A stretch of 64,000 nt of DNA from Octopus sinensis (GCF_006345805.1 NC_042998.1:49724001-49788000); one strand, 5' to 3'; numbered from the stretch's first letter, positions 1 to 13,959 are shown. Notes: a model not told the origin generated them from the letters alone. A program made the numbers and translations.

Positions 1-293
1 AATACACTTAATCGAAACCGACGAAGATAATTATTATCAGAAGAGAAATGACACCAACTAAGCCATTTTTCAAGGTCCCCAAGACAGTTGGAAAAATAGA
101 AACAAACTCCGATTCATATGCCGCAGGAATAAGATACAGCCTATCAAATGATCAAGTTCTTTACCCTCACACATAAGGAACCTTGTTCGAATTCTTTCAA
201 CAGAGTAGGTCCCCGTTAATGCCACTGACGGGCCTCAAGGGGGTGGTGGTGATGGTAGGGGGAGGGTGGTGGTATTGTTGATTTTAATAATAA

Positions 294-890
294 GGCGGCG
301 AGCTGGCAGAATCGTTAGCACGCCGGGCGAAATGCTTAGCAGTATTTCGTCTGCCGCTACGTTCTGAGTTCAAATTCCGCCGAGGTCGACTTTGCCTTTC
401 ATCCTTTCGGGGTCGATTAAATAAGTACCAGTTACACACTGGGGTCGATGTAATCGACTTAATACGTTTGTCTGTCCTTATTTGTCCCATCTGTGTTTAG
501 CCCCTTGTGGGTAGTAAAGAAACAGGTATTTCGTCTGCCACTACGTTCTGAGTTCAAATTCCGCCGAGGTCGACTTTGCCTTTCATCCTTTCGGGGTCGA
601 TTAAATAAGTACCGGTTACGCACTGGGGTCGACGTAATCGACTTAATCCGTTTGTCTGTCCTTGTTGTCCCATCTGTGTTTAGCCCCTTGTGGGTAGTAA
701 AGAAACAGGTATTTCGTCTGCCACTACGTTCTGAGTTCAAATTCCGCCGAGGTCGACTTTGCCTTTCATCCTTTCGGGGTCGATTAAATAAGTACCGGTT
801 ACGCACTGGGGTCGACGTAATCGACTTAATCCGTTTGTCTGTCCTTGTTGTCCCATCTGTGTTTAGCCCCTTGTGGGTAGTAAAGAAATA
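294..890 (+). mobile_element. SINE family A (tRNA-derived), one head plus three ~183-bp body units, 16-bp TSD
   Basis: Head ggcggcgagctggcagaatcgttag (A-box-like) and gagttcaaattcc (B-box-like). Units restart at gtatttcgtc at 342, 526 and 709. Flanking direct repeat gtattgttgattttaa at 272-287 and 892-907. Confidence 0.9.
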
Positions 891-1646
891 AGTATTGTTG
901 ATTTTAAAGCGGGTGACGGGTTGAGACTACTATTTATTGTCGATCAAGAAATAAGCCAGAAATACTTATAATTACATGGTTACATCTTTCAAAACTTGAG
1001 TATTGGAGAAATTATTTCATAAATATTCAGAAATTGATTTCGAACTGCCGTGATTGCTGGGAGAAGTGAGTACAAGTGTAAAATCCATTGATAGTCGGAG
1101 CATTAGGCTGATTTTCTGAAATTAAAAATAAAAAAGGAAAAAAAAAAAAAATCAGAAATGAAATTTTATGTACGACCTCAAACAGACAAAAATCAACATT
1201 ACTTGGAACTGCTAATATACAAAAGAATGTATTTTCTGTCTGAAGTTTTCAGACCTCAGGAAAAGAAAGCTTGTTTTTATTCTACAGATGTCAATACATA
1301 CACTGTGTATACAAACCCGAATAAAATAAAATAAAATAAAATAAAATAAAATAAAATAAACAGCAACAAAACAACAGCAATAATAGTTATGAATGATGAG
1401 ATGAAAGGAGCCTAATAAATATTAATATGACGATGTGCTACTACTGATGCTGTTAATGACAACCATGATGATAATGATGATTACACATTTTTTATTGTCA
1501 TATAGTGTTTGAAGAGAATTTTATATACATATACAAGTATACACACATACATACAAATACATACAAGTTATATGTATACATGTACATATATATGTGTACA
1601 TAATTTTTTTTATACATACATACATACATACATACATACATACATC

Positions 1647-1687
<41 letters not shown>

Positions 1688-1695
1688 TATGTATG

Positions 1696-1727
<32 letters not shown>

Positions 1728-1755
1728 AATATATATATATATTATATATATATAT

Positions 1756-1871
1756 CGTAAAACATACAACTTATATTAGAGGGACATAAATAGAAAGGGG
1801 AAACAAATACATGATTATAACAATGAAAATGAATATTTATAATATGATTTAATTTAACATAAACATGTTTG

Positions 1872-1934
<63 letters not shown>

Positions 1935-1979
1935 CTGACGATGATGATGATGATGATAATAATAATAATAATAATAATA

Positions 1980-2010
<31 letters not shown>

Positions 2011-2252
2011 CGATGGTGATGATGATTTCTTTATTTTAATAATGATGATGATGATGATGATAATAATAATAATTTGAAGAACACAAAAATAATAACGAAT
2101 TGCTTAAAAGCTATGTCAATTTGTAATATGTGTTACTGATGTCATCATCTTATCTCTATAAGCTAAGTCAATTGATTTACAATCTATGAACACGCACATA
2201 CATGTGCATATACGTATACATTCCTTCCTTCATTTATTCATACATACATACA

Positions 2253-2283
<31 letters not shown>

Positions 2284-2467
2284 CAGCTTCACAGAAACAA
2301 TGCCTAAGCACTTGTACAGGCACACATACACATGGCACTTACTCCATCATTGAACAGTACAGATTATATATGTATGTATATATGTATATATATATATATA
2401 TATATAATATATATATATACACACAGATATACACACACATACACACGCACACGCACACACACACATA

Positions 2468-2531
<64 letters not shown>

Positions 2532-2542
2532 TATATATATAT

Positions 2543-2579
<37 letters not shown>

Positions 2580-2623
2580 CTATATATATATATATATAAT
2601 ATATATATATATATGTATGTATA

Positions 2624-2674
<51 letters not shown>

Positions 2675-2835
2675 ATATCGTAAAACATACAACTTATATT
2701 AGAGGGACATAAATAGAAAGGGGAAACAAATACATGATTATAACAATGAAAATGAATATTTATAATATGATTTAATTTAACATAAACATGTTTGATAATA
2801 ATAATAATAATAATAATAAAATAATAATAATAATA

Positions 2836-2866
<31 letters not shown>

Positions 2867-2888
2867 GGTGACGATGATGATGATGATG

Positions 2889-2919
<31 letters not shown>

Positions 2920-3392
2920 TGATGATGATGATGATGATGATTTCTTTATTTTAATAATGATGATGATGATGATGATGATGATAATAATAATAATTTGAAG
3001 AACACAAAAAATAACGAATTGCTTAAAAGCTATGTCAATTTGTAATATGTGTTACTGATGTCATCATCTTATCTCTATAAGCTAAGTCAATTGATTTACA
3101 ATCTATGAACACGCACATACATGTGCATATACGTATACATTCCTTCCTTCATTTATTCATACATACATACATACATACATACATACATACATACACATAC
3201 ATACATATCAGCTTCACAGAAACAATGCCTAAGCACTTGTACAGGCACACATACACATGGCACTTACTCCATCATTGAACAGTACAGATTATATATGTAT
3301 GTATATATGTATATATATATATATATATTATATATATATATATACACACAGATATACACACACATACACACGCACACGCACACACACACATA

Positions 3393-3450
<58 letters not shown>
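1756..3450. repeat. Tandem duplication of a ~923-bp microsatellite-rich unit
   Basis: Unique spacer cgtaaaacatacaacttatattagagggac starts at 1756 and again at 2679; downstream unique blocks recur in the same order. Confidence 0.9.
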
Positions 3451-3453
<3 letters not shown>

Positions 3454-4084
3454 CATACATACATATGTATATAATTGAATAGATTTTACAGCGTTTAAAG
3501 ATATATAAAACCATATAAAATTACAGAAAATATTATATGCATCTAAACATGAAATATGTATATCCAGTAACCCGTTAGAAATATAAGCGTAATTGACTGC
3601 CTCAGGTCACACCCTACCATCGTGAAAAAGAAGCAGACACTGCATAATATAATCCTTAGCGGAGAAGATTGGATGCTCATAATTGTAATTCTTTTAATCG
3701 TACATTTGCCCAAAGTTGAGCTCGAGTTAAGTAAGAAAATTGGACAATGTTTTGCTTGACAAGATGCTCACGGCCGGCAAGATTTCGATCAGAGTTCTGG
3801 CCTGTTTGTTCAGGCTTCTTTTTTGGTTAAAGAACAACATAATAAAGGCAACGAGGCGAGGGTATACCAGGTAATGATGTTCGAGATGCAATGTGTTTAA
3901 AAAAAAAAATGACAGAATAGTCATATTTAGAACGATTTTGAACTTAGGTGCGCTCTTGCAGGAATAACATTTTACTGGAGGAGGAGGCTAAATACCTATA
4001 CTGACATTGGAATTGTAAGGAACAGACTCCTGAGAGAAAAAGCTACGGAAATATGCATTTGTACAGCAAATTACGAAACTGCTG

Positions 4085-4510
4085 TCAAATAATCTGCCAA
4101 ATAGAACTTTTAAAAGTCAATCCATCCATCTATCCTCAACTTGTCCAGAGCAATGCAACTTTTCCACGCTAAATGTCTCGATCTTCCATAGTAATTTTCA
4201 TATTTTCGATTTGATATCCGGTGTCTTCCACAAGTTAATTCATAGGTGCCCTTGTCAGTCTACCGGCACCAATATGTGTATGCGTGGATTTCCAGAGAAG
4301 GAGATCGCTGGATATTTCATCCTTGTTTCTGCTGCAGTGTCCTGCATATTGTGTTATTATCATTCTGGTTACCGAGGTAATGACAGGAAGACTTCCACAC
4401 AGTCGCTGCTGTATAGATATACATGAAACATTCTCGCAGTATTACCGTCGAGTTCTTTTCAAGTCTCTTTTCAAGTTCATTGACTCTGCCTCAAGCATGG
4501 TCACTGAAAA
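4085..4510 (-). pseudogene. Degenerate RTE-clade LINE ORF C-terminus
   Basis: Manual minus-strand translation gives ELDGNTARMF and CGSLPVITSVTRMIITQYAGHCSRNKDEISSDLLLW...LVEDTG...MEDRDI, matching the RTE post-RT pattern; stops and frameshifts present. Confidence 0.7.
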
Positions 4511-4575
4511 GCTCCTTAAGCATATATTTACAAAATGTAATATCAAAAAAATTAATATGATATATGCAGTATATA

Positions 4576-4744
4576 GGCGTAGGAGTGGCTGTGTGGCAAG
4601 TATCTTGCTTACGAACCACATGGTTCCGGGTTCAGTCCCAGTGCATGGCACCTTGGGCAAGTGTCTTCTACTATAGCCTCGGGCCGACCGAAACCTTGTG
4701 AGTGGATTTGGCAGACGGAAACTGAAAGAAGCCCGTCGTATATA

Positions 4745-4782
<38 letters not shown>

Positions 4783-5008
4783 TGTGTGTGTATATGTTTG
4801 TGTGTCTGTGTTTGTGTGTCTGTGTTTGTCCCCCCAAATCGCTTGACAACCGATGCTGGTGTGTTTACGTCTCCGTAACTTAGCGGTTCGGCAAAAGAGA
4901 CCGATAGAATAAGTACTAGGCTTACAAAGAATAAGTCCTGGGGGTCTAAAGACGGTGCTCCAGTAGGGCCACAGTCAAATGACTGAAACAAGTAAAAGAG
5001 TAAAAAGA
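4576..5008 (+). mobile_element. SINE family B (tRNA-derived), full length
   Basis: Head ggcgtaggagtggctgtgtgg...ggttcagtccc (A/B boxes), internal (TA)/(TG) tract, tail gactgaaacaagtaaaagagtaaaa; recurs at several loci in the window. Confidence 0.9.
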
Positions 5009-5187
5009 GAGTATATAGTATGGAATTCTATTACAATATCAATGATCTTGCCTTATGTGACCTAAATCACTTGATAGTGATCGTCAATGGTCTGCGTGTC
5101 AGCATGGTTTCGTATCTAACTCATGTCCAGTTAGGCAAAGGAAAGTTAGGGCTTAGGATATTAAGGTAATGAAACGATATCATTTAT

Positions 5188-5343
5188 AGCACGGCTGTGT
5201 AGTTAAGGAACTCACTTTGTAAGTACGTGGTTTCGGGTTCAGTTCCACTGTGCGGCACCTTGGGCAAATGTCATCTACTATAGCCGCGAGCCGACCAATG
5301 CCTTGTCAGTGAATTTCGTACACGGAAACAGTGTAAAAGCCCG

Positions 5344-5346
<3 letters not shown>
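5188..5346 (+). mobile_element. Diverged 5' half of SINE B
   Basis: ggctgtgtagttaag...gggttcagttccactg...ggcaccttgggcaa...agcccgtcg aligns to the SINE B head, then (GT)n. Confidence 0.8.
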
Positions 5347-5382
<36 letters not shown>

Positions 5383-5389
5383 AGCCGAG

Positions 5390-5512
5390 TTAGTAGTCAA
5401 GATGAAGGAGGTTTTCGAAGATTTTCCCAAGGACACAATGAAGAACGCATGCGTCAGGTTCCGGAACCGTCTTGAGGTCGTAGGGGAAACTGAGAGCGGC
5501 TTCTTTGAGTAA
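5390..5512 (+). pseudogene. Tc1/mariner-superfamily transposase C-terminal fragment
   Basis: Translates LVVKMKEVFEDFPKDTMKNACVRFRNRLEVVGETESGFFE*, resembling the ACxxFRxRLEAVxxxxGGxFE terminus of Tc1/maT transposases. Confidence 0.6.
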
Positions 5513-6339
5513 ACTCTTATCTCCCTGCCATAATCTATTTGATATTTATTGATGTTAAAAAAAAAAATACTATAATCTAATACTATAATATTGTTTCCTT
5601 TTACCTTTATGCGAACTATCAAATTTTGCCCGAACATCTTGTATATATGTATGTATACGTAGGTATGTGTAACAAAACTAGCTTAGGGAAAGGAACTTGT
5701 TTAAGTCAAATGCTCGCATTAAAATATATCAAGTACATGTTCATGTACTTAATGACATTAAAAAATTATTAATGGGTTGAAGTTTGCCTCTATGTTGGAA
5801 AAGTAAACAATAGCCCAGCTTCTTGCCCCGTGCACACATCATTGCATTTGTTTCTCACTATTCGACAACAGATCTCGTGAGTTTATGTTCGCACAATTTA
5901 TCTGGACGGTGATAGCAAAGAATATATTCTGGGCTTACTGACCTGGTCAGTTAACCTTAGTCATCACGAACTCGCTCATAGTCAGCAATAACTTGCATAA
6001 TATAGAACAAAACTGAGCTACGGAAAATAGCATTTACTTGAGTTATGGCATAGAATATGATAAATAGAACAGATATAGCAAATGACGAATATAAAAAATT
6101 CTTAGAGAAAATATATTTGCATCTTAGTTGGAGAAATAGAACAAAAACGTAGGCGGTAATAATTTTTGAAATGACAATGTAACTAGGAAATAATTCCAAG
6201 AAATTTAAAATTTATCTTTAGAAAGCTGTAATTCTTATGTTTAAGAAAAAAATCTCATTGTCGTTAGCAGAGACAATGAAAGCTGCCGATACGTTTCAGT
6301 CTCATTGTGACTATTCATTGAAATATTTCCATAAACCTA

Positions 6340-6920
6340 TTCCTATCCATCGTTCAGTCGAGGTCAACTCTCGATTTCTCGATGGATCAGTGTTCTCTAG
6401 CCAGTTCTATCCTGGGTCACTTCTTTCAGATTGGCTATGGCCATTCCCATATCACTCTTGATGGTGTCAAGCCAGCGGGTTCTTGGTCGGCCTCTTCCTC
6501 TCTTGCCACTGGCCATTCCGAGCATGATGTCTTTCTCCAGGGATTTTCTCCGCATAATATGACTAAAATATGCCACTCTATGCTTGGTGATCCTAGCTTC
6601 TAGCGACAGTTTCGGCTTGATCTGGTTAAGAATTTCTCCATTGGTGAGCATCGCTATCCATGGAATCCATAAAAGTCTTCTCCAACACCAAAGCTCGAAT
6701 GCATTAATTCTCTTCTGGTCAGCTTTAGTGTCCAGGTCTCGCATCCATATGTTGCTATTGGGAAGACGATTGCATTCACCAATCTGCATTTGGTAGCGAG
6801 GCTGATGTCTCTACTCTTCCAGACCTTGCTCATGCTGACCATTGCCTCTCTGCCTAGTACTACCCGTCGCCTTATTTCTGGAGTGCAGTTACCATCTCGA
6901 TTTATTTTGGAGCCTATTAA
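6340..6920 (-). pseudogene. RTE (BovB-like) LINE 3' fragment
   Basis: ORFs 6654-6950 and 6397-6789: KINRDGNCTPEIRRRVVLG...VFPIATYGCETWTL, RINAFELWCWRRLLWIPW, GKRGRGRPRTRWLD; one frameshift. Confidence 0.92.
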
Positions 6921-7780
6921 AAAACATAAAATTTTGCGCCTACTAACCAAGAGGGTTCATGTTAACCAAGCTGCATTAACAAAAATTCGTTTTAAAACCG
7001 AAACACATAGTTACCCGCTAAAATGAGCAGAATTTTCTTCAAGCGACAAGATTATTTCATCAATTCTTATGATATCTCCTTGTCTAAGCAAGTCACTAAC
7101 GGGGGCCGCTAGGCTGTGTTTTCTTTATCAAACTAAGAGGCAAATTTCAGTTCATTAATAACTTTTTACGTACATCATTCACTACAACTCCGGCTACTTG
7201 ATTTATACACAATAACAGATGGAGTACTTGCTGCCCTAAACTTAAAGATGTATCAATCTATAATTTTATTACATATAAAATATTTATGTTATTCAGGATC
7301 AATTTATAGTGCACATATATCAATATACTTTCACAGTAATATAAATGTACTTTAATCGTAATTCCAAAGTACTTATATCACATTATCAACAGATTTTCTA
7401 ATATCATCGAAAGTAGATTGCATTAGCAATAAGTTTGCTCAGTAATCAATGTTTAATGTAACAACATATCCAATATTTCATGTCGTCATATCGATCAATT
7501 TTCGATATTAGTGAACGAACATCACATAAGCACTAACGTCATCTGTCTACCTATCTGTCTGTCTTTTATCTACCTAGGCAGCTACACATTTGTCTAATTA
7601 TCACTCTCTTTTATGTTATTGTAGATATGATATAATACACACACCACAGACGCACACACATACTCATACACACACATACGCACACACACATACACATACT
7701 CACACACAAACATGCACATACGTTCACACATCGTACTTATGATATAATTCAGAAAGAGAGTAGCTGACAGATGGTTAGCT

Positions 7781-8500
<720 letters not shown>

Positions 8501-8773
8501 TCTGTCTGTCTGTCCGTCCGTCCGTCCGCCTGCCTGCCTGCCTGCCTACCTGTCTGTCTATCTGAATGTCCCTATACATGTGGCTGCATATATAAATAGA
8601 TATTTATATACATGCAAACTGTAGGTTTATATTCATAAATATAATTCCAGAACCAAGCGCACGGTTATTAGTTTCATGTCCAGGAGTAAGCCTCGATTTA
8701 GTTCATCTAGTATGGCTTGTCCATTTTGGTAGCGATCAAAACACACACACACGCGCGCGCGCACACGCACACG

Positions 8774-8826
<53 letters not shown>

Positions 8827-9179
8827 ACAAGGGAAATAGGAATTAAATAAATTCAGGCAAATACCTCTTTAAGCACTTTGTATAAATAGAACCCAGCTAA
8901 CAAAATTGCCCATTCAAACGGTAATCCGTATAAATTGTATTTTATTGTTAGTGAGAGATGAAGTCGCCCACTATTTACACAGACATGGCAGAAGTAAATA
9001 GACACCTTTATAATCATTAAGATTATTTAAATCTGAAATTATGCATTAAAATTATTTATAAGTTGTTATAATGTGAATATCTAATATTTAGTATTTTTGG
9101 ATTTGGTTTGCAAGATTCTTTATATGAGTTCGTGTGTTGAAGCATATTCAGTTGTGTCTGGGGAGAGTCATTTTCTTTT

Positions 9180-10200
9180 TGTGCCTTATAATGTAACACA
9201 CTCACCGGTAAAATTCCCACTTATTTCTTATTTTTATTTTCCTAAAATTTTCGTTGCGTCTTGCAACCTTTTCAACAGTCTTGACTCTGTCTGTTATTTA
9301 CACCGCGTTCCTTATTTAGTAGACATGCCCATTGCATTTTTCCATGCAAGGATCCTATTTGGCATGTTACTGATCAGATGACGAATATTCTCTTGGGGAA
9401 TTTCTTGTCAAGTTTCATGCAGTAATCTCAAAAGATCTGGCTTTGAAGATGCTTTCTTGTCCTTTTTATGAAGTGTCCTGTTCATTATGTCCTAAAGGTG
9501 TCCAATAGGGTTCATATCTGGTAACTGGCTTAGCCATAGAAGCTTTTTAATGCCATTCTCATCTAACAAATCTTGGGTTATTTTAGCCGTGTGACAAAGA
9601 GCCCCATCTTCCATAAATAAAGTCTTCTTTAATAATTTCACTACTGAAGAAGGTGGGAAAGAGTCTTTTCTGCAATATTTATCTGAGTTATGTTTTTCCC
9701 GCACAATTATGTTTTTCTTGCTCAAACATTGCTCCAAATTGCTCCTCGGACCATCACAGAATAGCTGCCGTGCTTTATTGTTGGCTGCACTCTTTTCACA
9801 TCAAATTCTTGATCACAGAGTCTCCAGACCCACCCTCGACTGCTGTCAGGAAATACAGCAAATCTGGACTCATCAGAGAATATGACAGTGTCTCCACCAT
9901 CTCACTGACCCAGTCATTTCTCCGCTTGATGTTGGCTGGTCGAAGAAGTGGCTTCCTTCTTGCTGCTCTATCATAGTAACTAAGTTTGTGGAGATACCTG
10001 ACAGCTGTTCTTGGACTGACATCAACTTAATCTGCTATGTCAGAGGCCTTGCAACGGGGATTATTCTCCACACTTCTCTTAACAAAGAGAAGGGTCCTGT
10101 CAGAGTGCCCTGGTTGATCTGGGCGAGGTGATGTGGAATGCATAATCACTCTATTAATTGTAGAAAGCGGGATCCCAAGGTTTTCTGCGATTTTACGCTA
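9180..10200 (-). pseudogene. Tc1-like DDE transposase remnant
   Basis: ORF 9492-9737: FMEDGALCHTAK...LLWLSQLPDMNPIGHL (Tc1 QDGAPxH / WPxQSPDxNPIEH motifs); upstream frames give FSDESRFAVF and PTIKHGSYSVMV. Confidence 0.85.
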
Positions 10201-10228
10201 TACCTATTTTCAGAATGACCCACAAAAC

Positions 10229-10780
10229 GGCCTGGAGGGTATATCAGCCGAAACGTTGTGTTAACAACAAACAAGATGAGGACAAAGAATGTAAATAATG
10301 TATATCTTTATACAGTTTTATATTTAAGAGATGAGGAATTATGTACATTATTTCATTATTTACATTATTTACATTTGACGGATATTTGTCCTCAGCTTGT
10401 TTGTTGTTAACAACGTTTCAGCTGATATACCCTCCAGCCTTCTCATTCCTAAGGTATTTTTCGATGTTGTTGTTGTTGTTGTTGTTTTATATTTGAGGTG
10501 TTGATAGAATGGAGTTTAAAGATAGAATGATTTTGTGGAGAACCAAGTGTATTAGGAGGAATACATTTAATTCTCCACAAAATCATTTCATCTTTAAACT
10601 CCAGTCTGTCAACACCTCAAATGTAAAATTCTTCCCTGAAGAGGGAAGCTAGTATTATCCGATGACGGAATCCATTTACAGTCATTATTTTCGACCATCA
10701 AACCCTCAGAAACAGCTGTTGGACTCGTAAAACTCTTATTCAACCTCTTTATCATTTCTATATATCATTTCTATTCTGTG
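10229..10780. mobile_element. Double fold-back element, probably a Penelope-like pseudo-LTR remnant
   Basis: Inverted arms 10229-10286/10385-10440 and 10485-10542/10571-10628; hammerhead-like motif at 10633-10723. Confidence 0.55.
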
Positions 10781-10959
10781 TAAGTCAGGCTTTTTTTTAT
10801 ATGTGAATATATGTTCTTTTTCTAATATTAAATGTATTTAATATTTTTTGTATACCGACTTGTCTAACTTACCTGTCCTTCGATTTACTCCTCTACCTGC
10901 TCAAGTTTAAATCTCTTGAGCACTACGAAGTGTATTCTATGCAGAGATTACCTGTCTCT

Positions 10960-11047
10960 AACCTCTTTCTTTCTTTTTTTCTTCCTTCCTTCCTTCTTTC
11001 TTTTTTTCTTTCTTTCTTCCTTTCTTTTTCTTCCTTTCTTTTTCTTC

Positions 11048-11082
<35 letters not shown>

Positions 11083-11145
11083 TCCTTCCTTCCTTTCTTT
11101 TTGTTTGTTTGTTTGTTTGTTTCTTCTTCCTTCTTTCCTTCTTTC

Positions 11146-11194
<49 letters not shown>

Positions 11195-11198
11195 TGTC

Positions 11199-11267
<69 letters not shown>

Positions 11268-11300
11268 GTAGCTATAATATTTTGTCACACAAAATGTCCT

Positions 11301-11332
<32 letters not shown>

Positions 11333-11370
11333 TGTATGTATGTATGTGTGTGTGCGTGTGTGTGTATGTG
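10960..11370. repeat. Compound microsatellite (CTTT)n/(CT)n/(TA)n/(ATGT)n
   Basis: Direct inspection. Confidence 0.95.
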
Positions 11371-12532
11371 TGTGCATGCATCTATTTTTAAAAAATAAAA
11401 GTTTGCGCGTGACTTCAATGTTTTTTGCTGATGTTCGGCTTTGCCAGACAGCTTGATTAATGCTTTATACATAAACTGAACTGACTGTAATTTTTGTTTC
11501 AGATCGCATTCAGACATAGTATATCTTGGAATAAATTATCTAATGTGTACTTTGCTTATTTGCAACAGTAGACGTATTCACATACATCTATGGTAAAGGG
11601 TGTTCCAACCGTGACTGTTCCGTCTTGTTTGTACACCTAGGACTACATAGTCCAACATCCTTTCTAGTTTTCTAAGACTGTAATGTGTGAACGGAAGGAG
11701 ATTTGGCTGGTATCTGTAGTAGGCCAATGGGTCACGTAGGACTGTATCTTTTAAGACATTATTGTTATTGCTTAATCCGCCCAAGTCTGAGCCGATTGAT
11801 TTAAAGCTCATTGCGCGATCATGTGGTTCCAAGTTCGAAACCCACTATGTTAACGTGTTGGGAAAATTACAAACAAATATACATACATACATACATACAT
11901 ACATACATACATACATACATACATACATACATACATACATGCATACATATATACATACATGCATATATATGTGTGTAAATGTATATATGTATGTATGTAT
12001 GTATGTATGCATGTATATATATATATATTCGAGTGAGTAGACAAACGAAAGACAGGCACTCAACACATTTGTTGGGAGTTACATATATAAATCAAAACTA
12101 TTTTGATTCAGATTCCTTCGTACTCTGAGTTTCAAGTGAGTGGCTAGTCTTCGGCCACTGGGTTTGAATGAAAGTTCGATTGAAGAGAGTCAATGTTTAC
12201 TACTGAACGTTAGCTTGCGATTGGTCGAGAAAGGCCACGCGGTATAGCAGTTTGATGTTTGTATTTCAGCGACAACAATTACTTGGAAAATAGCATATGG
12301 TGAGCAGAAAATCGACCGCATGGTGAACAGGAAATCGACCGCGTGGTGGACAAAAAAACGGTCGTGTGATTGGGGGAAGTAGGAAGAGGCGGTAGGTGTG
12401 CATGTATATATGTATATATATATGTACATGTGTATGTCCATATTATCTGCCTGTATACACCCGGACTTATAAAGTGTGTATGTGTGCTAAGATGTACATT
12501 CACACATCCGTAGAGGCTAACCTCGGTGTGTA

Positions 12533-13110
12533 TAGGCGCCGGCGTGCTATGTGGTAAGAAGTTTGCTTCTTAACTAAATGTTTCTGGCTTCAATCCCATT
12601 GCGTAACACCTTAATGAAGCATCTTCTAATATAGCCCAGGGCCGACCAAAGTCTTGTAAGTGGATTTCGAAGCTGAAAGAATTCTGTCGTATATATCTGT
12701 GTGTGTGTCTTTCTGTCTTGTGTTAGCAATTAACGTAGCAATTCAGCTAAGTACCAGGATCATAAAAAACAAGTACTGGGGTGTACTCATTCGACTAAAA
12801 ACTCTTCAAGGTGGCGCCACGGTAGTCACAGACTAATGACTGAAACAAGTATAAAATTGAAAAACGTAAGATGTATGTGTGTATGTGATGTGTGTGTTTG
12901 TGTGTGTGTCTTTGTATTTGCGTTGTGTTTGTTCCCCACAAACGCTTGGCAAGCGGTGTTGGTTTGTATACATCCCTGTAAAGCATTGCAGTTTGGCAAA
13001 AGAGACTGGCAGAGAAAGTACTAGGCAGTACTAGGCCTGAAAAATAAACACTAGGGCCAATTTGTTCGACTAATTCCTTGAAGGTACTACCCCAGCAATG
13101 ATCGAATCTG
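12533..13110 (+). mobile_element. Old diverged SINE B copy plus a second 3' fragment
   Basis: ggcgccggcgtgctatgtggtaag head; gggccgaccaaagtcttgtaagtggattt; tail aatgactgaaacaagta at about 12856; second partial 3' copy at 12900-13110. Confidence 0.7.
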
Positions 13111-13959
13111 GTAAAAGTTAAAGAAGATTACATCATACAACATCTTACTCGCTTAGACGATTTTGTGTGAATTAAAGTAGATTTGGAAGATATTTCTAGC
13201 AGATCAATCGACCTCGTTAGAATTCGCTCGGGTTAATAATGTAATTCGCACTGTGGATTGTACGGATTCGTTTGGTTTATTTTAATATTCAGATCTTAGA
13301 GTTTACAAACTAAGATTCATCTCAAGAAATTAGTGGATTAGTCTATGTCGGATCAGTGGTCCATGTTTAATGCAACGCTGAGACGATTAAGAAAGATACA
13401 CTTATCGATAAGTAAATGAGCCGTATCTGTAGGATTATTAATATCACTGACTTCATTTTCGCTGCGAAATTATTTGTGTTTCTGCAAATTAAATGAAAGC
13501 TACAGTAGTAAATAATCATGATGTTATGTTGTCTTGCTCTTGTAGTTTAACATCAAATCTGCAGTTTAACCCCAAATCAATCCAGAACGAGTGGTGTTAT
13601 AACCCTGTGTAACACGAGTTTTGTTCTTGAGTAGCAATCATTATCTTCTATTTGCTCACCACTAGAAAGTGTGAAAAATGGTTGATATTTCCTTTAAACT
13701 TTGCTTTTGTTACATTTATTCAAATCCCAAAGAATTTTTCTCAGCACATGTCTATGATCCTCCCCCAATCCTCCTGCTCTGTAGTGTGTGTACACACACT
13801 ACAGAATAGAGACATCAGCTATCAACACCTTTCCATTGTAAATTTTCGGAAGAAGTAAATATTGAAATGACTGGTAATTTAGTGCTAACCGTCGACCTGT
13901 ATTATTAATCTTTCATAAGTTGTGTTATTTTGGCTTTAAAAAATTTTTTTAATTATATA

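Noticed and set aside
284-891. ORFs over the SINE-A array; CRISPR-like regular repetition
   Set aside because: Units are contiguous SINE bodies with no unique spacers, in a eukaryotic context; the ORFs are incidental and recur in every copy.
1509-3514. Many YI/HT/MYVC-type ORFs here and throughout the window
   Set aside because: Translations of di-, tri- and tetranucleotide microsatellites that lack stop codons.
3620-3924. Possible exon (ORF 3727-3924)
   Set aside because: No recognisable motif or convincing splice context.
5957-6199. Hydrophobic 80-aa ORF resembling a membrane-protein fragment
   Set aside because: Composition is explained by AT-rich sequence; no family motif recognised.
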